DNA of 64,000 nt from an uncultured delta proteobacterium (GCA_963706575.1 CAVPNL010000013.1:44513-108512), one strand, 5' to 3'; counted from the first letter of the stretch, positions 41,538 through 52,570 are shown. The notes: a model not told the origin generated them from the sequence alone. Numbers and translations are program-made.

Positions 41538-41607
41538 GGTTCAAAGGTTCAGGGTTCAGCGTTCAAGGTTGTTTTAACCCAGAACCCTGAACCTCTGAAC
41601 CCTGAAC
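41538..41607. repeat. GGTTCA/TGAACC tandem-repeat palindrome
   Basis: ggttcaaaggttcagggttcagcgttc / gaaccctgaacctctgaaccctgaac. Confidence 0.7.
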
Positions 41608-41686
41608 TCTTAGGCTTTTCATATTGGAATTTAGTATATCGACGAATACAGAAGACACGATTGAAAAAAAATAAGGAGAATCCACC

Positions 41687-43069
41687 ATGTCTACTCCCTA
41701 TCGTCTCTGGGAAATTTTGCAGCGGTCCTATACAGGCCCACATTGCGAAGAAGATGATTTTTTGCCAAAAATATTTACACCCAAGCTGCAGGAAGTCATA
41801 AAAAAATATGAGATAACCTATGATCCAAAAACCCCGGTGCCGGCTGACGACGATCTGGCGGACAGGGTGTGGCAGGCCGGCTGGGAATTGTTCCGCGAGG
41901 TGGGCCTCTACAACACGAACACCCACCGGATCATTAAAGTCTCCGACGATGAAATCAAAGAAGCGCTCTATATGACGACAGGGGCATACTGGGTCGGCGC
42001 CGGAAAGGACGCTGTGTTATGGAAATACCGCCAGGTGGAGGATCGCGAGCCGCCATTTTGCATCTTCAGCCCCGACATAACCTGTGATGAAAATCTGCAC
42101 CACTCCATGTGCCTCGCTTATCTTAAAGAGCCGCTTCTGGATGGCTTTTGTGCCCCAATCCTGGAGGACTCTATCGGCCAGCTTATCTCATCGGGCTCAC
42201 CGACTGAAATAAACGGGTGCACCCAGCACATATACAACCTTCGTCTGGCGGCAAAGCAAGTCGGCCGGCCCGGTGTTTTTTTGGTTGCTGTCGGGACCGC
42301 CGAGCACGACACCGGTCAGATTGCCGTGTCTGACAACGAGTGGGGGGTGCGAACCACCGATTCCCGGCTCGTCGGAACGCTAACCGAGTTTAAAACGGCG
42401 GACACCCTGCTCAACCGGGTAACCCACTACGCGCAATACGGGTGTTATACCGGCAACCTTACAGGCCCTATCTACGGGGGCTGGTGTATGGGTTCGGAGG
42501 GGGTTGCCGTTACGCTGGTGGCCTACAGTCTCAGCGGTCTGTGCATCCATGGTGCGGTCTATAACCAGCATTTTCCCTTTCACCTGCATTGGGGCTCCAA
42601 TACAACCAGAGAGCTTCTTTGGCCGATCAGTGTGGCCGGTCAGGCCATGGCGCGCAACAGCAAGCTCCTGCATACCTCCAACGGATTCTCAAACGCAGGC
42701 CCCATGACGGAAATGGTCTTATACGAAACCGCATGTCATGCCCTTGTCAGCACGGTATCGGGATGGCACCTGTGGGAAATGGCCTCGGCTCGCAATAAAT
42801 ATAGAAATCGGGCAACCCCGATGGAGGCCCGCATCGGTATGGAAGTCGGCCATGCCGTTGCAGGTCAGGGAATGACAAGAGAGCAGGCCAACGAGCTGGC
42901 TCTGAGGCTGTTGTCAAAATATGAAGAAAACGCAGCCGATGCCCCTATGGGCAAAGAATACCCGGAATGCTACGACGTGGCCACGGCACTGCCGACCACC
43001 GAGCACTTTGATATGTACCGCCGCATCAAGGATGAGCTGGCTGAAATGGGTATCGAATTCCCATACTAA
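41687..43069 (+). CDS. Monomethylamine:corrinoid methyltransferase (MtmB) family protein lacking pyrrolysine
   Basis: MtmB-like blocks GRPG, PIYGG, HLHWGSNTTRE, AGPMTEM, MEAR, APMGK...ECYDV; uninterrupted 460-aa ORF with no in-frame TAG. Confidence 0.85.
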   Translation: MSTPYRLWEILQRSYTGPHCEEDDFLPKIFTPKLQEVIKKYEITYDPKTPVPADDDLADRVWQAGWELFREVGLYNTNTHRIIKVSDDEIKEALYMTTGAYWVGAGKDAVLWKYRQVEDREPPFCIFSPDITCDENLHHSMCLAYLKEPLLDGFCAPILEDSIGQLISSGSPTEINGCTQHIYNLRLAAKQVGRPGVFLVAVGTAEHDTGQIAVSDNEWGVRTTDSRLVGTLTEFKTADTLLNRVTHYAQYGCYTGNLTGPIYGGWCMGSEGVAVTLVAYSLSGLCIHGAVYNQHFPFHLHWGSNTTRELLWPISVAGQAMARNSKLLHTSNGFSNAGPMTEMVLYETACHALVSTVSGWHLWEMASARNKYRNRATPMEARIGMEVGHAVAGQGMTREQANELALRLLSKYEENAADAPMGKEYPECYDVATALPTTEHFDMYRRIKDELAEMGIEFPY

Positions 43070-43120
43070 GGTATGGGCGGTTGATATGAAAAAGCGAAAA
43101 TTTCCTTTCCAATAAATCAA

Positions 43121-43951
43121 TTGTCCGATATGTCTACTGGAATGTCCCAATCATACCAAGAACTCCGGTTAAAACTGAAGCGTTCCCCGGTGATGGATGT
43201 CACCAAATTCCTGATGGTTGTGGCGGTAATCATCTGGGTTATGGCTCGCGGGACGCAGCAACTCGGTTATAACTGGCAATGGTACCAGATTCCCAAATAT
43301 ATCTTTCAGTTACAGGACGGCGAATTTTCTTTTGGACCCCTTCTGTTCGGGTTGTCCGTGACGTTTCGGATTACCGCCTGGGGTCTTGTATTGTCTATGA
43401 CCATCGGATTGGTGACCGCCCTTTTACGGCTATCCAACTCTTTCTTGGCCAGGATCGTTGCCAGAGGATATCTGGAACTCATCCGAAACACACCGCTTCT
43501 GGTCCAAATCTTTTTCCTTTACTTTGTCCTGGCCCCCATCTTCGGCTTCAGCCGTTTTTTTGCAGGCGTCCTCGCGCTGAGTCTTTTCGAAGGTGCCTAT
43601 GTCTCGGAAATTTTTCGCGCGGGCATCGTGTCCATTCACAAAGGCCAGTGGGAAGCAGCCCACAGCCTGGGGCTGAGCATATTTGACACCTACCGCTGCA
43701 TCATTCTGCCACAGGCGATCCGTCGTATTCTTCCTCCCCTTACCAGCCAGGCTATATCACTGATCAAAGACTCGGCCCTTGTCAGCACAATTGCTATTTA
43801 TGATTTGACCATGGAAGGCAGAGCAGTTATCGCCGAAACATTTCTGACATTTGAGATCTGGTTCACGGTTGCTTTCATGTACCTCATTATTACGATAACG
43901 CTATCTATTGCTGTCAATACCCTGGAAAATCGATTTCGCATTCAGACCTGA
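43121..43951 (+). CDS. Polar amino acid ABC transporter permease
   Basis: IRNTPLLVQ, AYVSEIFRAG, GQWEAA, LIKDSAL. Confidence 0.95.
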   Translation: MSDMSTGMSQSYQELRLKLKRSPVMDVTKFLMVVAVIIWVMARGTQQLGYNWQWYQIPKYIFQLQDGEFSFGPLLFGLSVTFRITAWGLVLSMTIGLVTALLRLSNSFLARIVARGYLELIRNTPLLVQIFFLYFVLAPIFGFSRFFAGVLALSLFEGAYVSEIFRAGIVSIHKGQWEAAHSLGLSIFDTYRCIILPQAIRRILPPLTSQAISLIKDSALVSTIAIYDLTMEGRAVIAETFLTFEIWFTVAFMYLIITITLSIAVNTLENRFRIQT

Positions 43952-43972
43952 GGCGACCAGGAGGAGCTGTCT

Positions 43973-44725
43973 GTGATAGAAAAGAAACTGGGTGATTATA
44001 TTGTGACGGTGGATAAGATCGGCAAAACATTTCCCAACGGTGTTTGTGCCTTGCGTGATTTTTCCACCCGAATCCGCCGCAGTGAGGTGGTGGTCATCAT
44101 CGGCCCATCCGGTTCGGGGAAATCCACCTTTCTGCGTTGCCTCAACGGATTGGAAGAGATCGATAACGGTTCCATCGTTATTGACAGGATGCCGCTCGAC
44201 GAAAATAAAAAAAATAGACTGGAGATCCGCAAGGAAGTCGGCATGGTTTTCCAGTCGTTCAATCTGTTCCCCCATAAAACCGTGCTCGGAAACATAACAC
44301 TGGCTCCCGGGCTGGTCCGTAAAAAAAGCAAGGATGAGGCCAGAAAAATGGCGATGGACCTCCTGATGAAAGTTAATATTTCGGAAAAAGCGGACAGTTA
44401 CCCTTCTCAGCTGAGCGGGGGCCAGCAGCAGCGGGTAGCGATCGCCAGAGCACTGGCAATGCGCCCGAAAGTCATGATGTTCGATGAAGCCACTTCCGCC
44501 CTGGATCCTGAAATGATTGGCGAGGTTTTGGACGTTATGAAAAACCTTGCCAGAGAAGGAATGACCATGATCGTAGTCACCCATGAAATGGGCTTTGCCC
44601 GTGAGGTCAGCGACCGGGTGATCTTTATGGAAGACGGTTGCATTGTCGAAGAAGGAACGGCAGAGCATTTTTTCTCAAACCCGCAGAAAGAGCGGACCAA
44701 GCTTTTTCTCAGTCAAATTTTATAG
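43973..44725 (+). CDS. Polar amino acid ABC transporter ATPase (GlnQ-like)
   Basis: [27 protein letters not shown]. Confidence 0.97.
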   Translation: MIEKKLGDYIVTVDKIGKTFPNGVCALRDFSTRIRRSEVVVIIGPSGSGKSTFLRCLNGLEEIDNGSIVIDRMPLDENKKNRLEIRKEVGMVFQSFNLFPHKTVLGNITLAPGLVRKKSKDEARKMAMDLLMKVNISEKADSYPSQLSGGQQQRVAIARALAMRPKVMMFDEATSALDPEMIGEVLDVMKNLAREGMTMIVVTHEMGFAREVSDRVIFMEDGCIVEEGTAEHFFSNPQKERTKLFLSQIL

Positions 44726-44813
44726 ATGTATTTGTATTTATGCATCCAAATAGCGAATAACCAATAACTATTAACTAACAACAAATAGCATTGAATTATT
44801 AAAGGAGGGAAAG

Positions 44814-45641
44814 ATGAAAAAACAATTCTTCGTTTCAGTCATTGTGCTTGTTGGTGTTCTCGTTTTCAGCCTGGCTGCCAGCACGTCTGCCGGAGAGATC
44901 CAGAGAAAGCTGACGACAGAAAGCGCCATCGAACAAATCGCCAAACGCGGTGTCATCAAGGTGGGTATGGACGTTTTCGTGCCATGGGCCATGAAAGATA
45001 AAAAGGGAGAATTAATCGGCTTTGAGATCGATATGGCCAAAAAACTGGCAGAGGATATGGGCGTCAAAATAGAGTTTATTCCGACGAAATGGTCCGGAAT
45101 TATCCCCGCCCTTATTACCGGCAAGTTTGACGTGCTTATTGGTGGAATGACAATTACGACCCAGCGCAACCTGAAGATCAATTTCACAAGACCTTATTAC
45201 TACACCGAGCAGGGGTTAATGGCGCATAAAAAGAAAGCTGCGGGCTTTAAGGTCTCCGACTTCAACAGCCCGGATGTCACCATCGCCGCCAGATTAGGGT
45301 CAACCGCCGCCGTTGCTGCAAAGCAGCAATTTCCAAAAGCAAAACTTCGCCTCTTTGATGACGAACCTGCGGCTGTTCAGGAGCTGCGCAATGGTAACGT
45401 GCACGCCATGGTTTCGGCGCAACCACTGCCGTCAAGCACAGCCCTGGAATACCCCGATACGATCATGGTTTATGACGAAGTTATGATGCTTGAGGCGATC
45501 GGCATTGGCGTTCGCAAGGGCGACAGCGATACCCTCAACCTGGTTAACAACTGGATTGAAATTAACCGAAACAACGGGTGGATTCAGGGCAAATACGCAT
45601 ACTGGTTCAAATCACAGGACTGGAAGAGTCTGATTGAATAG
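44814..45641 (+). CDS. Polar amino acid ABC substrate-binding protein (SBP family 3)
   Basis: Signal peptide; GFEIDMAK, WSGIIPAL, GMTITTQR. Confidence 0.95.
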   Translation: MKKQFFVSVIVLVGVLVFSLAASTSAGEIQRKLTTESAIEQIAKRGVIKVGMDVFVPWAMKDKKGELIGFEIDMAKKLAEDMGVKIEFIPTKWSGIIPALITGKFDVLIGGMTITTQRNLKINFTRPYYYTEQGLMAHKKKAAGFKVSDFNSPDVTIAARLGSTAAVAAKQQFPKAKLRLFDDEPAAVQELRNGNVHAMVSAQPLPSSTALEYPDTIMVYDEVMMLEAIGIGVRKGDSDTLNLVNNWIEINRNNGWIQGKYAYWFKSQDWKSLIE

Positions 45642-45653
45642 CCTTTCAAAAAT

Positions 45654-45696
45654 CATCGCTGCGTCAGGGCTGGAAACCAGCCCTGACGCAGCGATG
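45654..45696. other. Perfect 20-bp stem-loop after the SBP gene (probable mRNA-stabilising or attenuating hairpin)
   Basis: catcgctgcgtcagggctgg-aaa-ccagccctgacgcagcgatg with no clear U-tract on the + strand. Confidence 0.7.
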
Positions 45697-45739
45697 GAAG
45701 TTATTCGTTATTTGTCGAAAAGGAACTAAGAGAAATACG

Positions 45740-46624
45740 GTGCTGCAAAAGAAAAGCAAAATTTCAACCCTTGACGTGCTTGTATTGCTCACCCTTCTCG
45801 GGGGGCTCACATATATTATCTATCAGGTCAAGGTCAAGCTCAACTATAACTGGCAATGGGGAATCATCCCCCAGTATCTCTTTCGCTACGATGCCGAATC
45901 CGGAAAGTGGGTGTCCAACTATCTGATCCATGGGCTCATGACCACCCTGCGGCTGAGCTTCTGGGGCACCCTGCTGGCCACCATCCTCGGCACGGTGATG
46001 GGGCTGCTGCGCGTGAGCAAAAGCCTGTTTCACCGAATGATCGCGCGTTCCTATGTTGAGCTCATGCGCAACCTTCCGCCACTGGTCATTATCTTCATTT
46101 TCTATTTTTTTATTAGCGACCAGATAATGCCGATTATCGGCATTGACGATTTCCTCAGATCCAGTTCTCCAGGAACACAGCGGCTCTTTGAGACGCTCTT
46201 TTCACCGCCGCAATATGCATCTGCCTTCATTTCCGCTCTTCTCACACTGGCTATTTTCGAGGGCGCCTATATCACAGAGATCGTGCGAGCAGGAATCGAG
46301 TCTGTGGAGAAAGGACAGTGGGAGGCATCCCATGCCCTGGGCCTGTCAAAATATCATAATATGCGCCATATTATTCTACCCCAGGCGATGCAACGCCTCC
46401 TGCCGGCCCTTGCCGGCCAATTTATCTCTCTGATCAAGGATTCGGCCATTGTTTCCGTGATATCGATCCAGGAGCTATCCTACCAGGGAACGCAATTAAT
46501 GGCTTCCACCTATCTGACGATCGAAATCTGGGTTACGATTACCGCCCTTTATCTGGTTATGACCCTGACCTTTTCCCTCGGCGTCGGAAAACTCGAAGCA
46601 TATATGGCTCGAAGTCAGGCCTGA
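45740..46624 (+). CDS. Polar amino acid ABC transporter permease
   Basis: MRNLPPLV, AYITEIVRAG, GQWEAS, LIKDSAI. Confidence 0.95.
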   Translation: MLQKKSKISTLDVLVLLTLLGGLTYIIYQVKVKLNYNWQWGIIPQYLFRYDAESGKWVSNYLIHGLMTTLRLSFWGTLLATILGTVMGLLRVSKSLFHRMIARSYVELMRNLPPLVIIFIFYFFISDQIMPIIGIDDFLRSSSPGTQRLFETLFSPPQYASAFISALLTLAIFEGAYITEIVRAGIESVEKGQWEASHALGLSKYHNMRHIILPQAMQRLLPALAGQFISLIKDSAIVSVISIQELSYQGTQLMASTYLTIEIWVTITALYLVMTLTFSLGVGKLEAYMARSQA

Positions 46625-46958
46625 TTCAATTAAAAGGTTCAGGGTTTCGAGTTTAGTTGATTCATTAAATGGCCGAATGGTCAATTAGTTTATCTTTCGT
46701 TAATTCGTCAAATATTTATTTGAGGGATCGGGGAGTTTTACCGTCATGCCCGCGCCAGGCGAGCATCCAGTATTTGCAGCATAAAGGAAAATCATACACG
46801 CCGGTAATACCATCCACATACCTGTGGTTTAGGCGAATTTGTGATATTTTATGATATCAGGCACTCAACCCAAAGTTACAGCCCTTGTAAAATCTTGAAG
46901 ATTTGCGTATGACTGATCCAACCCATAACGGATAATAGTCTAAAAAGAGTGCTAATTA

Positions 46959-49011
46959 ATGAAATCCATTCGAATCATTTTATTTTTATTGTTTGCCGGT
47001 CTTTTGACGGTTGTCCCATTTACCAACGCCGAGGATAAAACACCGGTGACCCAAACAAAGAATAAACAATCCATTGCCATATCCGAGGCAATGGACGATG
47101 TAATGATCCAGGAGGTCACCAAGGTCAAGGAAGAGTTTAGCCAGAAAGTACGCTCGCTTTTCGACCGCCATCCGCTCGGCTGGGATCTGAATACCATCGC
47201 TTACTTATCCCGTCTGGCGCTTTCTTTGCCGGGGAAACTTCCCGTATTTACCCGTATGGTGATCGAGCAAAGCCGGGTGCTGGGCGTGATCGGCTCCATC
47301 CTTGTTTTGGTGTTTTTTTCCGCTGTCCTGTACAGCCTGCTTGGTCAGCGGCGGGTGATGCGCCGGGTAGAACGGCGCGTCGAACCGCTGTCCAGGTTCA
47401 TTCCGGAAGCCACTTATCCGTTCGTTATGTCCGGTATCAAAGTGGTCGTTTCCGCCTTGATCCCACTGTCGCTGCTCGGTGCATTTGTCCTGATCAACGT
47501 CATGATCGACTATTCGGCGGTCTGGTTTCAACTTGTCGGGCGGCTGCTCGGATTCTGGGCGGTCGGTGCCCTTTTGCTGCGGTTGCTGAAGGAATCCCTG
47601 ACCCGCGACCTGTTTAAGGTAACCGCACAGCACGGTCGGACCATTTATCGTTGGACACGGCTGGCATTGCTGTACGCGATTTTCGGCGTGGCCATATACT
47701 GGACGGCGGAAGTTTTCAAGATACGAGATGATGTTCTGGCGCTTTTGCGTTTCGCGATATCGGTTTCCGTCTCAGTCGTTCTGTTGATCCTGCATCTAAA
47801 CAAGAAAGCCTTTATATCGTTTTTACCGTAAGCTGTCGATTCGAGGCTATACGCAGTTTCGAAGCTTTCTGGAACGGTATTACTTTCCGCTGCTGTTTGT
47901 GTCGTTTCTGGCTGCTCTGTTATGGTGCGTTGGATATCGCGACTTAGGCCGGCTGGTGTTGATCAAGATCTGGTTCACCGGTGCTGCGTTTGTTCTAATT
48001 ATGCTGCTATATAACACCTTGCAGCGCTTTCTGAACAATTGGTTTCAGCGGTTGGACCACACTGATGAAAACGCCCGGATGTTCGTCAACACATTGCGGT
48101 CAATTCTCAAGTATGCCACCATTGCGGCGACCCTGATCATTGGTCTTAACATGCTCGGGTTATTGAATCCCCTGCAGCGTATCATGTCCTTTCCGATTTT
48201 TCAGCTCGGCGATAAAACTGTCACATTCTGGCTCATTATCATGGCGATACTAAGCCTCCTGGCTATTTTTGCGGTCTCCCGCCTGGCACAATCTTACTTT
48301 GACTACAAGGTGTATCCCTCTTTCGGCATCGATCCGGGTCTGGGGTATGCACTCAACACGGTATTCAAATTCGTCGCTCTCGGGATCGGATTTTTAATTG
48401 CACTGAATATCCTGGGGATCAACCTTCGCTTTTTCTTGGTCTTTGCCGGCGCCATCGGTATCGGTGTCGGTCTCGGGCTTCAGAATATGGCTGCCAATGT
48501 GATCAGCGGCTTTAGCATCATTTTCGGCGGGAAAATCCGCAAGGGTGACTGGATCGAGGTCGGGTCCATGCTCGGAGAAGTGACGGATATTTACCTGCGA
48601 GCCACCAAAGTGCGAACCCGGGATAATATCGAGTACCTGGTTCCCAATTCCAATATTATTTCCAACACCATGGTGAATTATTCATTGTCGTCACCGCTGA
48701 TCCGTATTGAGCTGCCCGTTGGCGTTTCATACAAGGCTGATCCGCGCCAAGTTGAAAATATTCTACTGGCTGCTGCGGAAAACGAGCCGCTTGTCGAAAA
48801 AATCCATATTCCGGCGGTACGCTTTGTCGAATATGCCGACAATTCCATCAATTTCGAATTACTCATCTGGATTAACGTACGCAAAACGCCGCGACGCAAG
48901 GTACGAAGCGACCTTTATTTTGTCATATTCGAAGAGCTTGCCAAAGCCGGAATTGAGATCCCGTTTCCCCAAAGAGACATACATATCCGCTCAAAAGTGG
49001 ATCCAGTCTGA
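46959..49011 (+). CDS. MscS/MscK-like mechanosensitive channel; +1 frameshift near 47829
   Basis: Removing the T in ccg-T-aag joins the two ORFs (FLP-KLSIRGYTQF...); GAIGIGVGLGLQN, IRKGDWIEV, IPFPQRD. Confidence 0.85.
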
Positions 49012-49056
49012 GTAGCAACAAATTATTTAACCATATCCCCTGAAATCCATTCTCTG

Positions 49057-50316
49057 CTATCTAACCTCTGAACCTTTGAACGGTGACAAGGGCCCTTTTT
49101 GCCTGTTGCTGAGGAAATCAACCGCGCAACAGGCTTGAATTGCTGCGCCCAGAGGCATGACCTCCTCATTAAAATCAAAAAAGGGGCTGTGAAGCGGGTG
49201 GATGAAACCCAGAGCGGGATTTGCGGTTCCCAGGAGCCAGTGAGCACCGGGAACCTTCTGATGGAAGTAGGCGACATCTTCCCCGGTCATGCTGGGGGAT
49301 TGCTTGTCGATGACGTTGTCGACCGGCAGAATTTTGCATGCAGAATCCTTGAATTCCGCAGCCAGCTCCGGATGGTTGAATACCGACGGATATTCCATCT
49401 TAATTTCCAGGCGGTGGGTCCCACCGCTCGTCCGGGCCACACCCCGCGCCACCTGGTCCAATTCAGCGGCCAGCGCTTCGCGCTTCTCCGGATCGAGGGT
49501 CCGGATGGAGCCTGTCAGCGTGACCTCTTCAGGTATAATGTTACTGGCCGTTCCCCCGTGAACCGTACAAAATGAAAGGATCGCGGGATCCAGGGGATTT
49601 ACTTTCCGGGTAACAATGGTTTGACCGGCCATGATCACCATTGCGGCCATGATGACCGGATCCACGCCTTCATGGGGGCTGGCGACATGGCAGCCTTTGC
49701 CGATCATTCTTAGAACAAATTCCGCCGATGAGATCGTGCAGAAGCCGGGTTTTATCCCGATGGTGCCTTCCGGCAAATCGGGGTTCAGGTGCAGTGAAAA
49801 GATTCCATCGACATCGGGATTTCTAAGGGCACCATCCTTTATCATGGGTATGGCACCGCCGGGCGCCTGATCCTCGCTGGGCTGAAAGACGAACTTGACG
49901 CTGCCCTTGAGTCGATCCGAAAACTTGCAGAGCAAACTGGCGGTCCCCAGCAGGATGGCCGTGTGCCCGTCGTGACCGCAGCAATGCGCAACACCGGATT
50001 TGGTCGAAGCATAGGGAACGGCATTTTTTTCTTCCATCGGAAGTGCATCCATGTCGGCACGCAGGGCAACACATTTTCCCGCCTCCTTGGCTGAGAGGGT
50101 GGCGACAACGCCATGACCGCCGATACCGCTGTGCACATCGAGTCCGAGATGCTTTAAATAGTCGGCAACAATGCGGGATGTTCGAACTTCTTGCGTCCCG
50201 AGGTCGGGGTGCTTATGCAGGTCTCTGCGGATTTCACGCATCTGGTTTAGGAGATTTCCGGCTTCCTGTAAAAAACGATGTGGCTTCACGATATGCAAAT
50301 CTTTTTTCTGCTTCAC
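49057..50316 (-). CDS. M20 family amidohydrolase
   Basis: RRDLHKHPDL, LRADMDALP, HCCGHDGH, FQPSED, GEDVAY, LHSP; GTG start with GGGAG RBS. Confidence 0.9.
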   Translation of the reverse strand: MKQKKDLHIVKPHRFLQEAGNLLNQMREIRRDLHKHPDLGTQEVRTSRIVADYLKHLGLDVHSGIGGHGVVATLSAKEAGKCVALRADMDALPMEEKNAVPYASTKSGVAHCCGHDGHTAILLGTASLLCKFSDRLKGSVKFVFQPSEDQAPGGAIPMIKDGALRNPDVDGIFSLHLNPDLPEGTIGIKPGFCTISSAEFVLRMIGKGCHVASPHEGVDPVIMAAMVIMAGQTIVTRKVNPLDPAILSFCTVHGGTASNIIPEEVTLTGSIRTLDPEKREALAAELDQVARGVARTSGGTHRLEIKMEYPSVFNHPELAAEFKDSACKILPVDNVIDKQSPSMTGEDVAYFHQKVPGAHWLLGTANPALGFIHPLHSPFFDFNEEVMPLGAAIQACCAVDFLSNRQKGPLSPFKGSEVR

Positions 50317-50332
50317 CTTGGCTCCCTTTGTG

Positions 50333-52396
50333 TTAAGGGATCTTCTCAATCCGGACGGGAATGGCTTTTAACAGGGGAAAACCGCTGATCGGGTCATTGA
50401 TATTATCGTAGGTTACCAGATTAACATTGCTATCCTGCCAGCCGTGTGGGATTTCAACGAAACCCGGAAGAATTTGTGCGTCGTTGGCTATTTTTACCCG
50501 GACTTGCACCGCGCCGATTTCCGATACGACCCTGACCTGTTCCGTGTTTTCAATTCCCAGGCTGGCGGCATCTTCAGGATTCATCTCCATTTCTGCGACG
50601 GGAAAGGCTTTACGAAACTTTGGAATATTATGATATCTCGAGTGGTAGTAGAGCGGGTTGCGTGCGCCGGTGTTTAGTACAAAAGGAAAATCGTTGCTGG
50701 GATTACGAAGGTAACGGGGCGCGATATACTCCGGGATTTCGGGGAGATTGAGTTCTTTCAAATATTGTGATGTAAATTCAATCTTTCCGGACCTCGTCGG
50801 GAAGGGCCGGGCTTCATATTTCTTATAACACATGGGTTTGTAAACAATACCTTCGGAATGTTTTTGCAGCGCTTCCAGAGAAATGCCGGTCGGCTCCAGA
50901 ATCCAGCGGTTCACCTCTTCTTCGTTTTTCCACGGAAAATATTCTTTCCCAAAACCGAGGCGGTGGGCCAGATCATGCCACAGTGAGTACTCATCATGCA
51001 CACCCTCAATCTCCGCCACTTTGGCGGTCAGCACAACCCTTTGGTATTTTGGATGAAAATGGAGCTCAGATCTTTCAAGAAAGCTGGCCGCCGGCAGAAC
51101 ATAATGCGCCAGCTGGGCCGTTTCAGTGAGGAACAGATCATTTACCACCAGAAGTTCCAGTGACGAAAGCGCCTGAACAACTTTTCTTGTATTGGGATTG
51201 TTAATCGCCGGATTGGCTGCGGTCATGATGATTCCTTTGAGGGGGTATTCACCGTTTCCGAGCATGTAATCCATGGCTGTCATGGTGTGGCACTCCCAGC
51301 GGTAATCATAAAGGACCGGAAACTTATCCGCCCCGATCGGCTTCTGATCGCGGAGTGAAATCTCGTCACATAAGGAGAGTTTGCGCTCTCCCAGTGCTTC
51401 AGGCCAGGTGAATCCCCCTTTGATATCAAGCGCGCCGCAGAGGGCTACCAGGCAAGCAATCGTGCGGACGTCGTTGACACCATTTTCCTGGTGTTCTAAC
51501 CCGATTCCCGGAAAAATCGTTATCCGGGGAAGGCTGGCCGAAACCGCTTCGGCGAGCGCATTAAAAGTTTGGCGGTCAACCCCGGTCTGTTGCTGCACGA
51601 ATTCCGCGGTAAATTTCTCGGTGCAGCGCGCAAATGCTTCAAAGCCGAGGCAATATTTGTCTACAAATTCTTGATCATAGGCATTGGCTTTTATCAGGTG
51701 CCGACACAATCCCCAGGCCAGGGTGCCGTCGGTCCCGGGGCGGGGGCGCACAATGATATCGGCTCTTTTTGTGGTTTTATTCAGACGCGGATCGATTACA
51801 ATGAGTTTAGCACCCCGCTTTTGGGCTATCGCAACCTCGCGCATATACGTCGGATGGCTTACGGAGAGATTGGATCCCCATAAGATGATGAGATCCGCAT
51901 CTTCAAATTCCGGATGAGAATTCCAGAAACCGTGCACCAAGAGAAAACCCAGGTAACGGCCATTAAAACAGACAGAATCATTAGACAGATAATTGGGAGA
52001 TCCAAAGGCATGGATAAACCGTCTGGCATAATCTTCTTCCTGTAAGTATCCGATCCCCTCTCCCTTCCAGACACCCATGGACCGGGCGCCACATTCCTGC
52101 CGGATACGAAGAATCTTTTCGGCAATTTCGTCAAAAGCCTGCTCCCGGGAAATTTTTATGAAAGAACCATCAGGTTTTTTCTTAAGCGGGCTTAAGAGTC
52201 GATCCTCATGATAAAATAGTTCCTTGGCCGCCTGGCCCTTCACGCAGATCGGCCCCTGATTTGCCGGATGCTCGTCCAGAGCGGAAAAATTCACAATCGC
52301 CCCATCACGGATATGCACATTCATACCACAGCGAACACCGCACTGGCGGCACAGGGTTTGGACGGTACCGTTTTTAATAGATGTGTTTACCTTCAT
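50333..52396 (-). CDS. Cytoplasmic molybdopterin/tungstopterin oxidoreductase (acetylene-hydratase-like clade, substrate unknown)
   Basis: CRQCGVRC...ICVKG, GSPNYLSNDSVC, PRPGTD, TETAQLAHYVLPAASFLE, molydopterin-binding C-terminus; no Tat motif. Confidence 0.85.
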   Translation of the reverse strand: MKVNTSIKNGTVQTLCRQCGVRCGMNVHIRDGAIVNFSALDEHPANQGPICVKGQAAKELFYHEDRLLSPLKKKPDGSFIKISREQAFDEIAEKILRIRQECGARSMGVWKGEGIGYLQEEDYARRFIHAFGSPNYLSNDSVCFNGRYLGFLLVHGFWNSHPEFEDADLIILWGSNLSVSHPTYMREVAIAQKRGAKLIVIDPRLNKTTKRADIIVRPRPGTDGTLAWGLCRHLIKANAYDQEFVDKYCLGFEAFARCTEKFTAEFVQQQTGVDRQTFNALAEAVSASLPRITIFPGIGLEHQENGVNDVRTIACLVALCGALDIKGGFTWPEALGERKLSLCDEISLRDQKPIGADKFPVLYDYRWECHTMTAMDYMLGNGEYPLKGIIMTAANPAINNPNTRKVVQALSSLELLVVNDLFLTETAQLAHYVLPAASFLERSELHFHPKYQRVVLTAKVAEIEGVHDEYSLWHDLAHRLGFGKEYFPWKNEEEVNRWILEPTGISLEALQKHSEGIVYKPMCYKKYEARPFPTRSGKIEFTSQYLKELNLPEIPEYIAPRYLRNPSNDFPFVLNTGARNPLYYHSRYHNIPKFRKAFPVAEMEMNPEDAASLGIENTEQVRVVSEIGAVQVRVKIANDAQILPGFVEIPHGWQDSNVNLVTYDNINDPISGFPLLKAIPVRIEKIP

Positions 52397-52570
52397 CGGT
52401 GAAGCGGTCTCAATTTCAGCATGATAAATGCGACTCTCAAAAAGAGTAAAATGGAGCAATATACAAGGCAAACTGGATTGTCAACAACGATTGCAGAGGA
52501 TGCTATGTGTAAATTCCTTCACCTTTTTTGCCGGATCTTCAATCGTTTCTCTCAAGATCTCCTCCACAGT

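Noticed and set aside
41687..43069. Pyrrolysine recoding in the MtmB homolog
   Set aside because: No in-frame TAG; the equivalent codon is GTT and no pyl genes or tRNA-Pyl are visible in the window.
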